From Octopus sinensis (lineage: Eukaryota), in contig NC_042997.1 in NCBI RefSeq assembly GCF_006345805.1, positions 182,652,001 to 182,716,000 on the forward strand: DNA of 64,000 bases. Reading direction: 5' to 3'. Below are positions 23,890-32,682 of the stretch, in pieces. Under the pieces are notes generated by a model that was given only the letters and a program-made list of their open reading frames with translations, was not told where the DNA came from and ran no database searches. The position numbers were made by a program, and so were the translations under genes. Within the stretch, counting starts at the first letter, position 1; each line of letters opens with the position of its first letter.

Positions 23890-26800
23890 CTTCTTATATA
23901 AAATAGACCTGTGTGTATGTATTCACTTTTCACGCTACAATAGCTGCACAAATTGCTTCCATACTTGGGATACATGAATAATTTGACCTCGGATACATAA
24001 TAGGGTCGTCAGTTTATTTTTTTATTAAAAATAAATAGTATTGTTTTATATATATGATTCACTTCTTTAAAAAAGATTTTCAATGTCAACTTTTGGTATT
24101 GACAGAGCAATGGCAAAATTTTCCGTTTTCATTTGCAAAATCTCTCACTCACTATTTTAATGTTTTAATTCACTATTTCCAAACTAGTACGATAAATTAC
24201 TGAAAGAAATATTTATTAAGTTCACAAATTTAAATATTCGGTACAACAGCTTTATTTATATGATTTTTTCCATTTCATGTTTATTTCATTCATTGTTTGC
24301 AATGTTCTCTCTCCCCTTCTCTCTCTCTCTCTCTCTCACACACACAAGTCAGTCACACACACACACACACACGTGTTTTTGTAAGTACATTTATATGTGT
24401 GTGCGTTTGTGAGAGAGAGAAAGAGAGTGAGTCAGTCAAGGAGTGTGTTGTCATATATACGTACATAAATAAATACATATGCATACATCTTTTTTGTATG
24501 TATGTGTGCATATGTGTAAGAGAGACACAGAGAAAATGATGTGTACGTGTGTGTGTGTGTGTAGATAAATAAGAAAATGGGGGAAATGTATGTATTTACA
24601 GCTACGTTTCATTAACTAATTTTGCTGCCCACACTTACTCTTACTGCCCTCTAAATTATTTATTATGGTTAACTTTGAAATGTCTTTGAACTATGACAGC
24701 TTAGACCTTCCTTTCTTCTTAGATATGGAGAGTACATTACTCCTTTTTTTTTCTTCTTTATTTCACTGAATTTTCTCTGTCAGCTCACACCTATGTTAGT
24801 ACGAAGTACTGAATTGAACTATGAAATTCTTCTAAAGATCTGACATTTCAATCTTACTATATGGTCATTTACATAACAATTATCACAAACATACAAACAG
24901 TATTTGCTGGTTAAACACACGTAAGATTAAGTGATTCATGATGCTCTAATAAAAGTGCTTACACCAACTCTCCAGGTTTGTTGTTCTCAGATATACACTC
25001 TGTAAATTATTCAAATGTATATAATACCAAACAAAAATTGAAGTACAAATAGCATTTAACACTTGATTGAAATTTGGATGTACGAGGATTTACATGGACT
25101 TCTAAATGTTGGTTAACTGCTGTGCTGTCTCAATTGAGGTAGCACAACTTGATTACATATATGTATGTATATTTGTATCTATGTACACACATATACATAT
25201 AAATCTCATAAATATATAAAATTTCTCTTGCAAGGCTTCCTGATTTACTTCACTTTAAGTCACAAGATATAGCAGAACAAATGACTTTACTTGATGCTGG
25301 ATTATTTCAGAAAATTGAGGTTAGTATCAGTTTCACTAAGATCACTAGCATTTTGTTGATATGTCTGTATTTATTAGAACTGACTTTAGCAATGTTTATT
25401 TGATGACATAATAAAAATAAATCTTCTGATAATAATTTTAGATCCCCGAGGTGTTGTTATGGGCAAAGGAACAATCAGAAGAACTAAGCCCAAACTTGAC
25501 CTTGTTTACAGAACATTTTAATAAAATGTCCTATTGGTAAGTTATTTGAAGCATGTGATTATTTCATTTACCTTATATTGAGAAAAATAACTGTTTCTGT
25601 GCTGGCATTAGTTATGCTACATTGTACTGATGAAGCATCAAACTCTCATCTGAAGTAGTGTTGAATCAGAATTTATAACCAGTGCCAATTTAGAAACAAA
25701 CAATGTGGCCTAATCCTAGCATGACAAATAATACTGTTGCAAGAACCAGTGTAGAATCTGACATTAACGTCTGCCAATTGATATAATATAAGAACCAGTG
25801 CTGATGTGATCAAGAAGATCAATGATCAACAGCATTCAAGCTGTGGCAATTTCATCTGTTTGTGTATAAAGAACTACATTGTCCAATGTGTTCCACCTTT
25901 TGTAAAACACTAAAGTGTTATTTTAGAGAGATTTGGTTGTCATTTACAACAGCTTGAGAAACTGCTAAGAGGCTCTCATATTGGTTTATGGTGTGGCATT
26001 ATAGCAATTACTGCTGTGACATCTGACACTGGTGTGTAATCTCATCTTAGCCCAGATAGAGCAGACTGCTTGCATGTAAGTAGCTTGTCGAATGAATAGG
26101 TATGATCCACAGGTCTAAATGAGGAGCATATTGCACATTCTGAGAATCAGTGGTTAATTGTATGTAGTGTCGCGTTGAAACCTGGGCATACTGTGCTCTT
26201 TTCACTATTCAGTTTGTTTCTGTATGTCTCTAGATTCTAGTGTTATCCTGATGGAAAGAGGTAGAGAGAACTTGATCTGGATGTGACACTTGTTGTTACT
26301 TTGTATTTAATATTGGTTTTATGCAATACAAATGTTTAGGGCTAATGATGCTGCTGCTATTTTTGTGTATGTGTGTATGTATTTTATATTTGTCCAGACA
26401 GGGGAGATAGTGTTCTTAGAATACTGTTGTTGTATTGAACTACAGTGTTGCAGAGACATTTAATTGGCCATGTTATGGGATAGGTTTTAATGCTTTGAGA
26501 GTTAGTTTGGTACCCAGTATTTTGTCTTTTTTCTTGGTAGCAAGAGATGGGGTCAAAAGCCTTGCTGATGTAAATAGTAAATTAAATGATACATAGGTTT
26601 TTGTCAAAGCTTGTGTATATTTTGTAGATGGTTTGTGAACGGTGTGATAGTTGAGTAATAGTGTTCCTAATAGTGGTGAGAGAAATGTATGAGTTAATTA
26701 TATCAAAGCTGGGTCATTACAAAATTTTAAAATTTATACCAAGTCTTTTAGTTAGAATGGCTTTATTGAAATTACATATAAACAAGACTCAATGTAATAA

Positions 26801-29800
26801 AAGAGGTAGTGATTTATAACTCTCCATCAACTTCAGAATGCTGATAAGTTTATAGTTAACAGAGCCTAAGATGTTGCTCTTTTGAAGGCTATGATAGACT
26901 GTCATATTTCTAAAAGCTAGGTAGTTAAAGAATTTAGTCAGGATAGAAACTAATTCAAGATATCTTTTTACCTCTGAGATATACAATGATAAATCCAACA
27001 TTTTGATATTCTCTAGGTGCCGAACAAAAATACTTATTCAGGAAGAGCCTAAAGACAGAGAAAAATATTTAATGAAATTTATAAAAATTATGCGAGTGAG
27101 TATTATTAATTATGTCTTTTTTTAATGTAAGATTTATGTAAGTGTCAGTACTGAAAAACCATTTTGGAAAACCAAATTGTCACTAGTATGAGTTTAGTTT
27201 CCACTTGGATCAGTTTAGCTGAATATACTTTTCCCTCTTATAATATATTAAAAAACGCTGTGTAACTATGTAATTCAGATACACAAACTTTCTGTATATT
27301 TTTATCATACATTATTTTCATATAATCATTTATATATATTAACATTTTCCTGTAATTTCCCATGTTGTCTTTGATTACAAGGGCATCATAATATCCCTTC
27401 TCACTCTAGTTGTTTTTTGCACAAACTTCAACTTTACTCATTTGTCATTGAAGAAATTATCTAGATTTTATGTGCAACTAAGTTAGATCACATTTTATTT
27501 GAATTATAAGCTATAATTCATTATTCTTTTAAGATTTAATACTTAATACATCTACACTTGTTATGCTCTCCATTGGAATTCTTTAAAAATGTCCACTTTT
27601 TTATTTCAACAGCATCTGCGAAAAATGAGTAATTTTAACTCATATTTGGCTATTTTGTCTGCCCTGGATTCTGCCCCTATTAGAAGGCTGGAATGGCAGA
27701 AACAGAATATGGAAGTAAGTTGTTTTTCTTGTTGCATGAATTAAGAGACTAAACTACAGGTTCAGTATTATCATCATCATCATTGGTCTTATATTGGTTT
27801 GTTAACAAATTGGCAATCATTAGAGCATCAGATAAAATACCTTGTGGTATTTATTTCAGTTCAAATCCCATCAAGGTGAACTTCACCTTTCATCCATTCA
27901 ATGTCGATATAAACAAAGTACCAATGTAGAGCAGGAGACTGGTGGAATCATTAGTGTGTCTAATAGAATATCTTGTGGTGCAGGGGGCTCTTTGCTTTCT
28001 GAGTTCAAATTCTGTTGTAGCTTACAAGGGTTGTAGACTTAATCTATCAGCTACGTCAGAATCCTTAATGAAGTCCACCACTGCAAACATTGGATTTGAA
28101 GATACCTTATTCTCTGCTTCCCAACCTCAGAAGCCCTGTAAAGAGTCATGAGCAGCACCCATTCTTCTGATTAAGTGATAAAAACAGTCCTTTTTCATCG
28201 CAGGCATAATGTGCCTAGATCTGGCATTTAAAAAAAACTGTTTTGGCTTCAGATGAAAAGGACACAGCCCCCTGATCTTCACATGCAGGTCCTGCAAGTT
28301 TGTTGATAGAGTTTATATTCAGCTTGAACATGTCACTGGCACAGGTGGCAGAGGAGGCTGGAAACAGCTATGATCGGTTGGTGCTTTTTATGTGCCGCCG
28401 GCACAGAAGCCAGGCAAGGCGGTGCTGGCATCGGCCACATTCAGATGGTGTTTTTTACATGCCTCTGGCATGGGTATCACATTTGATTTTTATTTTGATG
28501 TTGATGTACTTGGTTTTATAAGATTTGGATTTTGGAATCTGAGCATAAAGACGAGTAGTATGGGATAAATACGTCGTAATTAGAATTTTTGTTAGGATGT
28601 GTAAAGAGAGAAAGAACCCTCAATATGTTGTATATACAGTTTATTGATGGACCTTTATTTCATTGTTTTCTCAGGCGTTGAAAGAATTCTGTCAATTAAT
28701 AGACAGCTCTGCGTCATTCCGGGCCTATCGCCAGGCTCTATCAGAGACAGAACCCCCTTGTATTCCATACTTGTGAGTATACAGTTTCCAATGACACTAT
28801 TATTTACTATTGTTGTTTAATATTTGCTTCCACACTTATAATGATTTTGTGATTATATAGAGTAAGAGTTCAGCCTATAAGTTTAGTACTTTTTTTTTTT
28901 TGATTCATAGAGCCATGTTATGTAAGTTTAGGATTTTCCATTCTTAACTGTTTTTCTTTCTTTTTATTTCTTGATCTAATTTTTTGTTTGTCTTATTCAA
29001 ATTTTTTGTTCTTTTGATTTTACTTCATATTTCTAATTATAGATTACTTATACTGTCTAAGTGGCATACATGTAAAAATTAGTTCCTTTTTTTTTTATGT
29101 CACTAATATTTCAATATTTAGAATCTACAATAAAAACAATTTGCTTATAGCATACAATGAAATTGTTAATTTATCTAATTTTATAATAATAAAAACAAAG
29201 ATATTAAATATTTTAGTTCTTAGCAAATCCTGACTAAAAGATTATATTTAACCCTCTCTTTAGTTAGGTTCTCATGTATGCATACATTCATAAACTTGAG
29301 CAAAATGCAGGTTTTGATTTTATCAATTTTCTTTTTACAGAGGATTAATTCTGCAAGATCTGACTTTCATTAATATTGGAAACCAAGACTTACTACAAGA
29401 CGGTAGCATAAATTTTGCTAAAAGATGGCAACAATTCAATATTCTTGAGATCATGCGCAGGTTCAGAAAATGGTAAGTAAATTCAGGTTATGGTTTCAAA
29501 AGAGTTTTATCAATAATCAGCTGAAATTCAAAGTTATCTCAGTGTGCTTTGATTCTGTTTGTTAGTGAAATAGATTTATATTTTAATATTTAAATTTTAA
29601 TTGAATTATTTCCATTTCAGATATTAAGTCTGAACTCCATTTTCTCTCTATCTGTAACAAATTTCAATTGCAAAGATTTTATATTCATTTGTAAATCAAC
29701 ATCTAAGACTTATTAACAATGGAAGTGTAAAGTAAGCTGAATGTAGGGAATAACTTAAGATTTTTGTGCATTAAATTTAAAGAAGAAACTTGTTAAAGTA

Positions 29801-31060
29801 GCATATCCTCGGGAATAGCTGTGTTGTTTAACCCCTTAGCATTTAAACCAGTCATATCTGACCCAAACATAGGTCTGGTCAGTGTTTGTGAGAGATGCAG
29901 CATTGAGGATGAATGAAGCCACCTTAACCCACCCTAGGTAAATGCTGTCACAAACCAAACATTCTACCTGTTTTATTTTCAAACCAGCTAGATACAACCT
30001 CTCACATCAATAATGTCATTCAAGAAATAACAATCACATTATTGAAAACTCAAAGCTGCAAGATAATTCATGATTAACTCATCAATAAATAAATATTACA
30101 TTTGACAAAGCAATCTGAATGCTAAAGGGATTTAACATCTGCTTACTAACAGGAGGGACACTGTTGACAAAGATGAGAATTTAGCTGAAGTAGAATAAAA
30201 TCATTTGTCTTGAATAGGGTTGTTAACATAAGGAGATAAAGAAAGAAATTCATTGTGAGCTATGCAAATTATTTTTTTAGCTCTGACAAATAATCTGACA
30301 AATAATCTGTGGTGAAAAAAAAAAAAAAGACTATGCAATAGATGAAAGCAAGAATTTTAATTTTGAGTCTATATGATTTTGTTTCATATTGTTATTTAGC
30401 TGCAAATTAACTGAAACTGAACCTCTGGCACTTAGTCACACTGCTGTTATCCACTCATCAGTTGTTCCAGATTTATCATATATTTACCTCGTTTTGGTAT
30501 ACACTAAATATTCTGATATGTAGTGGTTAATCAACTTGCATATAGCAAGAATTTTAATTTTGAGTCTATGATTTTGTTTCATATTGTTATTTAGCTGCAA
30601 ATCAACTGAAACTGAACCTCTGGCACTTAGTCAAATATGTAGTGGTTAATCAACTTGCATATAGCTTTATATATATACATACATATTCATCATTTGCCAC
30701 CTTTCCATCCATGACCATACTGTCTTCTGTTCTGGCATACTATATTCAGATTCAATTAACTATTTCATTCATTAGTTTTAGGAACAGTGGATGGTTCAGT
30801 TCAACATCCATGTAGAGGATCTCATATTCAATTTGTTCCTTATTTTTGTTGGTGCATTAATCCTCCTTGCCTTTTCTTTTCGCATTATATATGTATTTTT
30901 TTTTTCTTTCAGTAATTTTGATTTCAAGAAAAGCGAGAAAATCCTCGCTGTATTCGATGGTTTTGATGACTACAAATGTGAAGATGAACTTTGGCAAATA
31001 TCTGAGAAAATCAAACCCCGAGGGGGTAAAAGAAAAGCAACAGAACCTGGTGAATCCTGA
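399..31060 (+). CDS. RAPGEF1: Rap guanine nucleotide exchange factor 1 (C3G) ortholog, 5'-partial, 13 core exons: 399-658, 2584-2720, 3153-3321, 4313-4388, 14534-14708, 20124-20315, 25235-25319, 25442-25536, 27017-27095, 27613-27714, 28675-28772, 29341-29472, 30913-31060
   Basis: All introns are GT-AG with matching phases and the joined frame is open to TGA at 31058-31060. The peptide has C3G hallmarks: YMQ, PPALPAK, GPEIRGGSVDALLVHAT, YQEAFLTTYRTFI, MDLVFELLCQGELTLAKLLR, IAEQMTLLDA, IPEVLLWAKEQ, NFNSYLAILSALDSAPIRRLEWQKQ, EPPCIPYLGLILQDLTF, INFAKRWQQFNIL, LWQISEKIKPR. Confidence 0.96.
2584..2720 (+). CDS. RAPGEF1: RAPGEF1 exon, Ser/Pro-rich linker
   Basis: Acceptor tttttgtaattag, donor GTAAGT at 2721. 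Encodes SSNRQSQASTISSQSDASIEGPAEVVREKSASMIEPPVVPPTTPE. Phases 0 and 2 match both neighbours. A second in-frame acceptor would start the exon at 2599. Confidence 0.8.
3153..3321 (+). CDS. RAPGEF1: RAPGEF1 exon, linker into REM
   Basis: Acceptor ttgtcttatag, donor GTAAGT at 3322. Encodes (M)ELKRSSAPAE...LKPLDDVDVSDQLIRKRQ. Confidence 0.88.
3745..4055 (+). mobile_element. 5'-truncated RTE-clade LINE 3' end
   Basis: Encodes GRPKTWDEVVKHDLCTLGLTEAMMKDQDLWRYAV, typical of an RTE ORF C-terminus. Followed by acccatgctagcat...ttaaacg and a (GAT)n tail. Confidence 0.8.
4313..4388 (+). CDS. RAPGEF1: RAPGEF1 exon, start of REM domain
   Basis: Acceptor tctatcttttag, donor GTAAGT at 4389. Encodes TEVGPEIRGGSVDALLVHATVASKS; phase 1 out. 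Confidence 0.95.
5545..5550 (+). CDS. RAPGEF1: Candidate 6-nt microexon (adds GT)
   Basis: aattttt-atag|GCACAG|gtatgg, with a T-rich tract upstream; symmetric phase 1. Confidence 0.4.
5800..6370 (+). mobile_element. Two copies (one partial) of a tRNA-derived SINE
   Basis: Related heads actgtgtggtaa(a)gaagtttg at about 5805 and 6030, a B-box-like ggttcattccc, and a shared gtgagtggatttggtaga body. Another copy at about 19200-19350. Confidence 0.65.
6681..7022 (+). mobile_element. tRNA-derived SINE, second family
   Basis: A-box-like tggctcagtggttag and B-box-like gagtttgattcc, followed by a cttgagcaagacacttt core. A GC-richer island in the intron. Confidence 0.6.
8397..8426 (+). CDS. RAPGEF1: Candidate 30-nt microexon (adds GSQEDLVNEE)
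   Basis: tttcttcatacttaag|GCTCACAAGAAGACTTGGTTAATGAAGAAG|gtaagg. Near-consensus donor, purine-rich, symmetric phase 1, no stop. Confidence 0.65.
9198..9203 (+). CDS. RAPGEF1: Candidate 6-nt microexon (adds AV)
   Basis: ttccttttccctttag|CGGTGG|gtaaat. Strong polypyrimidine tract, symmetric phase 1. Confidence 0.45.
9505..9732. mobile_element. Degenerate piggyBac-type MITE
   Basis: Ends TTAA-ccca...caggg-tgaa; the internal sequence resembles the MITE at 43674-43886. Confidence 0.5.
11871..12005 (+). CDS. RAPGEF1: Candidate hydrophobic cassette exon or alternative first exon (ATG at 11948)
   Basis: 30-nt polypyrimidine tract, then cattagaaag; donor CTG|GTATTA at 12006. 135 nt, symmetric phase 1, open: GFFLRLIIVLFYFIIVNYSKLIFFSSMLVPLLSCLYIVLLFLETA. 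Confidence 0.3.
13231..13402 (+). mobile_element. RTE-related 3' tail fragment
   Basis: aaaaagcacccactacactc...ggaagggcatccagc...acccatgctagcatgg...(GAT)n. The same tail recurs at about 4000, 16400, 49130 (-) and 51620. Confidence 0.75.
14534..14708 (+). CDS. RAPGEF1: RAPGEF1 exon, REM core
   Basis: Acceptor ttttgttttacag, donor AG|GTACTT at 14709. Encodes DFMYQEAFLTTYRTFITPKDLIEKLLYRF...LLIRVLDEL. Phase 1 in, phase 2 out. Confidence 0.97.
15075..15625 (-). mobile_element. Internally deleted mariner element
   Basis: TA-flanked TIRs (tacaaagtctgatcaaaaagta / tactttttgatcagacctcata). The minus-strand relic LLKTVITGDKSWVYGHDPEIKAQS matches the mariner ITGDESW motif. Confidence 0.85.
15852..16502 (+). 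mobile_element. 5'-truncated, decayed RTE LINE
   Basis: Relic coding sequence (...GHVLHMDEDSCVKKCHTLTVEGTCGRGR...WDEVVKH...) with stops, followed by the 3' UTR and GAT tail shared with the 3745 and 13231 copies. Confidence 0.8.
16770..16778 (+). CDS. RAPGEF1: Candidate 9-nt microexon (adds SYH)
   Basis: taatatttttcaag|TTACCACAG|gtagat; symmetric phase 2. Confidence 0.35.
18236..18304 (+). CDS. RAPGEF1: Candidate 69-nt cassette exon (SVWCRLREKCASTVKKNPAGFQN)
   Basis: Acceptor acttttcccttatattttaacag, donor AA|GTGTGT at 18305. Symmetric phase 2, open frame, more GC-rich than its flanks. Confidence 0.5.
   Translation, partial: RLVQTSRKMCIYCEKESCRFSK
19420..19995. repeat. Repeat fragments, (TA)n and (GAT)n/(ATT)n microsatellites
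   Basis: gggttggcaacagaaagggcatcc tail variant ending in gatgatgat followed by (att)n at about 19955-19995. Confidence 0.6.
20124..20315 (+). CDS. RAPGEF1: RAPGEF1 exon, REM C-terminal part
   Basis: Acceptor ttcttcttgcag, with alternative in-frame starts at 20112 and 20127; donor GTAAGA at 20316. Encodes STSSEIDDEISQKMMDLVFELLCQGELTLAKLLRRKIVEKLEARK... Confidence 0.93.
21640..23510 (+). mobile_element. Decayed Penelope-like element (RT C-terminus, linker, GIY-YIG endonuclease)
   Basis: Relic motifs in the expected order: VNFLNVTLDLN...NSNHP (21663), (W)FNAS...PNHKYHCTFNKYTIKFSY (about 22460-22600), NCRATSTCPL (about 23150), ECKLCSAEAY (about 23410). Many stops. Confidence 0.7.
24300..24562. 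repeat. Compound (CT)n/(CA)n/(GA)n/(TG)n microsatellite
   Basis: Visible directly in the sequence. Confidence 0.9.
25235..25319 (+). CDS. RAPGEF1: RAPGEF1 exon, start of CDC25H domain
   Basis: Acceptor tttctcttgcaag, donor GTTAGT. Encodes LPDLLHFKSQDIAEQMTLLDAGLFQKIE. Confidence 0.95.
25442..25536 (+). CDS. RAPGEF1: RAPGEF1 exon, CDC25H
   Basis: Follows a 122-nt intron; donor GTAAGT. Encodes IPEVLLWAKEQSEELSPNLTLFTEHFNKMSYW. Confidence 0.97.
25700..26950 (-). mobile_element. Highly decayed non-LTR retrotransposon RT fragment
   Basis: Minus-strand tacatcagcaaggcttttgacccc = YISKAFDP, resembling the RT motif DxSKAFD. A/C-rich sense composition. Clade not resolved. Confidence 0.45.
27017..27095 (+). 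CDS. RAPGEF1: RAPGEF1 exon, CDC25H
   Basis: Acceptor attctctag, donor GTGAGT. Encodes CRTKILIQEEPKDREKYLMKFIKIMR. Confidence 0.96.
27613..27714 (+). CDS. RAPGEF1: RAPGEF1 exon, CDC25H
   Basis: Acceptor ttatttcaacag, donor GTAAGT. Encodes HLRKMSNFNSYLAILSALDSAPIRRLEWQKQNME. Confidence 0.97.
28290..28520 (-). mobile_element. RTE-related 3' UTR fragment
   Basis: gtgctttttatgtgccgccggcacagaagcc... is shared with 49330-49520 and 51250-52050. Confidence 0.7.
28675..28772 (+). CDS. RAPGEF1: RAPGEF1 exon, CDC25H
   Basis: Acceptor ttgttttctcag, donor GTGAGT. Encodes ALKEFCQLIDSSASFRAYRQALSETEPPCIPYL. Confidence 0.97.
29341..29472 (+). CDS. RAPGEF1: RAPGEF1 exon, CDC25H helical hairpin region
   Basis: Acceptor ttctttttacag, donor GTAAGT. 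Encodes GLILQDLTFINIGNQDLLQDGSINFAKRWQQFNILEIMRRFRK. Confidence 0.97.
29828..30135. mobile_element. piggyBac-type MITE carrying an 84-bp insertion
   Basis: Ends TTAA-ccccttagcatt...aatgctaaaggga-tttaa. The insert at 29871-29954 is flanked by an 8-bp duplication, ccaaacat. Confidence 0.65.
30348..30665. repeat. Local tandem duplication in the last intron
   Basis: A block of about 90 bp (agcaagaattttaattttgagtcta...ggcacttagtca) at 30348 and 30544, and a 30-bp block (atatgtagtggttaatcaacttgcatatagc) at about 30517 and 30636. Confidence 0.9.
30913..31060 (+). CDS. RAPGEF1: RAPGEF1 last coding exon
   Basis: Acceptor tttttctttcag. Encodes (C)NFDFKKSEKILAVFDGFDDYKCEDELWQISEKIKPRGGKRKATEPGES*. Confidence 0.94.
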
Positions 31061-31494
31061 AAAAAATAAGGGACAGCGGGGAAATTTTCTCCAGAGGAGC
31101 CACTACAGTAGACATAGCTCTGACTGCTGCTATGACAATTGCTGCTGCCACTGCTGCTGCTACTGTTGTTGTCCCCACCCTACTGCCTGCTGCCACCACT
31201 GCTGCTACTGCTGTAATCAGTCAAAATTCTGCCTAATGAGTAACAGGAACTGGAATATGGTTAATGTGAAATATAACAGGAATGAAAAAAGTTTAATAAC
31301 AATGATAATACTGATAAAAAACAACACAGGTGTGTTAAAAAAAAATATGTGTTCTATGAGTACTACCAGGTTTATGATGAACTCTACAGGAATATGATGA
31401 AAAAACAAATCCCTATACAACCTATAAGATTGCAGCTGACTCTATTAGTTGCAGATTTCTGAGGAGAAAAAATTCTCTAGTATAGTAGAGAAAT

Positions 31495-31497
31495 ATA

Positions 31498-31556
<59 letters not shown>

Positions 31557-31932
31557 CACACACACACACATACACAATATATTTACACATACACATGTAT
31601 CTAATATGTACACACACATTTATATATGCACACATACATTCACACACATATATAAAAATATGTATAATTTATATGTAAGTATAAATATAAATTATATACT
31701 ATATATAACATATATATGTGTTTGTGTGTATGCATATTGTGTGTGTATAAATATATACAGATATATATATAATTAATATATTTATATACATATATGTATT
31801 TGTTGATTTGTTTTTCCATGTTAGTGGAAGTTATATATATATATATATATATATATACATACACACACATATATATATATGCAAGTATGTATGTATGCAT
31901 GTGTGTGCGTGTATGTATGTATATATATATAT

Positions 31933-31964
<32 letters not shown>

Positions 31965-31987
31965 TGTATTTATAATCACATATATAT

Positions 31988-32036
<49 letters not shown>

Positions 32037-32124
32037 TTATATACTTGTATATAATTTATAATATATGTATATAATTTATATTAATATAAAATTTTATGCA
32101 TACTTACGTACATATGCAGTATTC

Positions 32125-32155
<31 letters not shown>

Positions 32156-32510
32156 TACATCTATATATATAATATATAATAATATATATATATATTTTAT
32201 ATATATATATATATACACACACACATACATCTATATATATATATATATATAATATATATAACTTACATTTATATACGTATGTATATATATACTTAATATG
32301 CTTGTGTGTGTGTATATATATATATATATGACATATATAATGTATAGATACACACACATATATAAATTAGCTATATGATACATGTTATGTATCATATATA
32401 GATACATGTATATATATTTTATATATATGTATATATATATTTCATATATATATATTTATATAAACATATACATGTGTGCACAAGTGCACACACATACACA
32501 TATTAGTATA
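31495..32510. repeat. About 1-kb compound (TA)n/(CA)n/(TG)n microsatellite
   Basis: Visible directly; it explains the YI-repeat ORFs in the ORF track. Confidence 0.95.
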
Positions 32511-32629
32511 TCTGTGTTGCTTTATTTTTTAGTCATCTTATAGTTTCTTTGTCTTGTCTTTAACATCCTATCCATTCTCCTGTAACTCACCTTTGTCCTG
32601 TCCCTCATCTTTTCTACACTTAACACCAG

Positions 32630-32682
32630 GTGCAGTGCGCCAACCTTCCTCGAATATTAGATGGACAGCTAAACAGATATAG
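32630..32682 (+). CDS. RAPGEF1: Candidate alternative terminal coding exon (GAVRQPSSNIRWTAKQI*)
   Basis: Long pyrimidine tract ending taacaccag at 32628-32629. In frame with the internal donor CTG|GTGAAT at 31049/31050 (phase 1). GC-richer than its flanks. Confidence 0.45.

Noticed and set aside
24784-24794. 11-nt segment with a very strong acceptor and a GTTAGT donor
   Set aside because: It is frameshifting, and the flanking exons already join to match C3G. It could be a poison exon, but nothing else supports that.
31058-31069. Stop-codon readthrough or frameshift at TGA-AAAAAA
   Set aside because: An in-frame TAA follows two codons later, and the A-run lies after the stop.
30867-31397. 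176-aa Cys/His-rich ORF overlapping the last exon, metallothionein-like
   Set aside because: The Cys runs come from the CTG-type repeat read in another frame. It would need a phase-1 entry that no nearby donor provides, and its start lies in the intron.
31422-32357. Many YI-repeat ORFs (also at 5110, 15614 and 19445)
   Set aside because: They are translations of (TA)n/(CA)n microsatellites, which lack stop codons.
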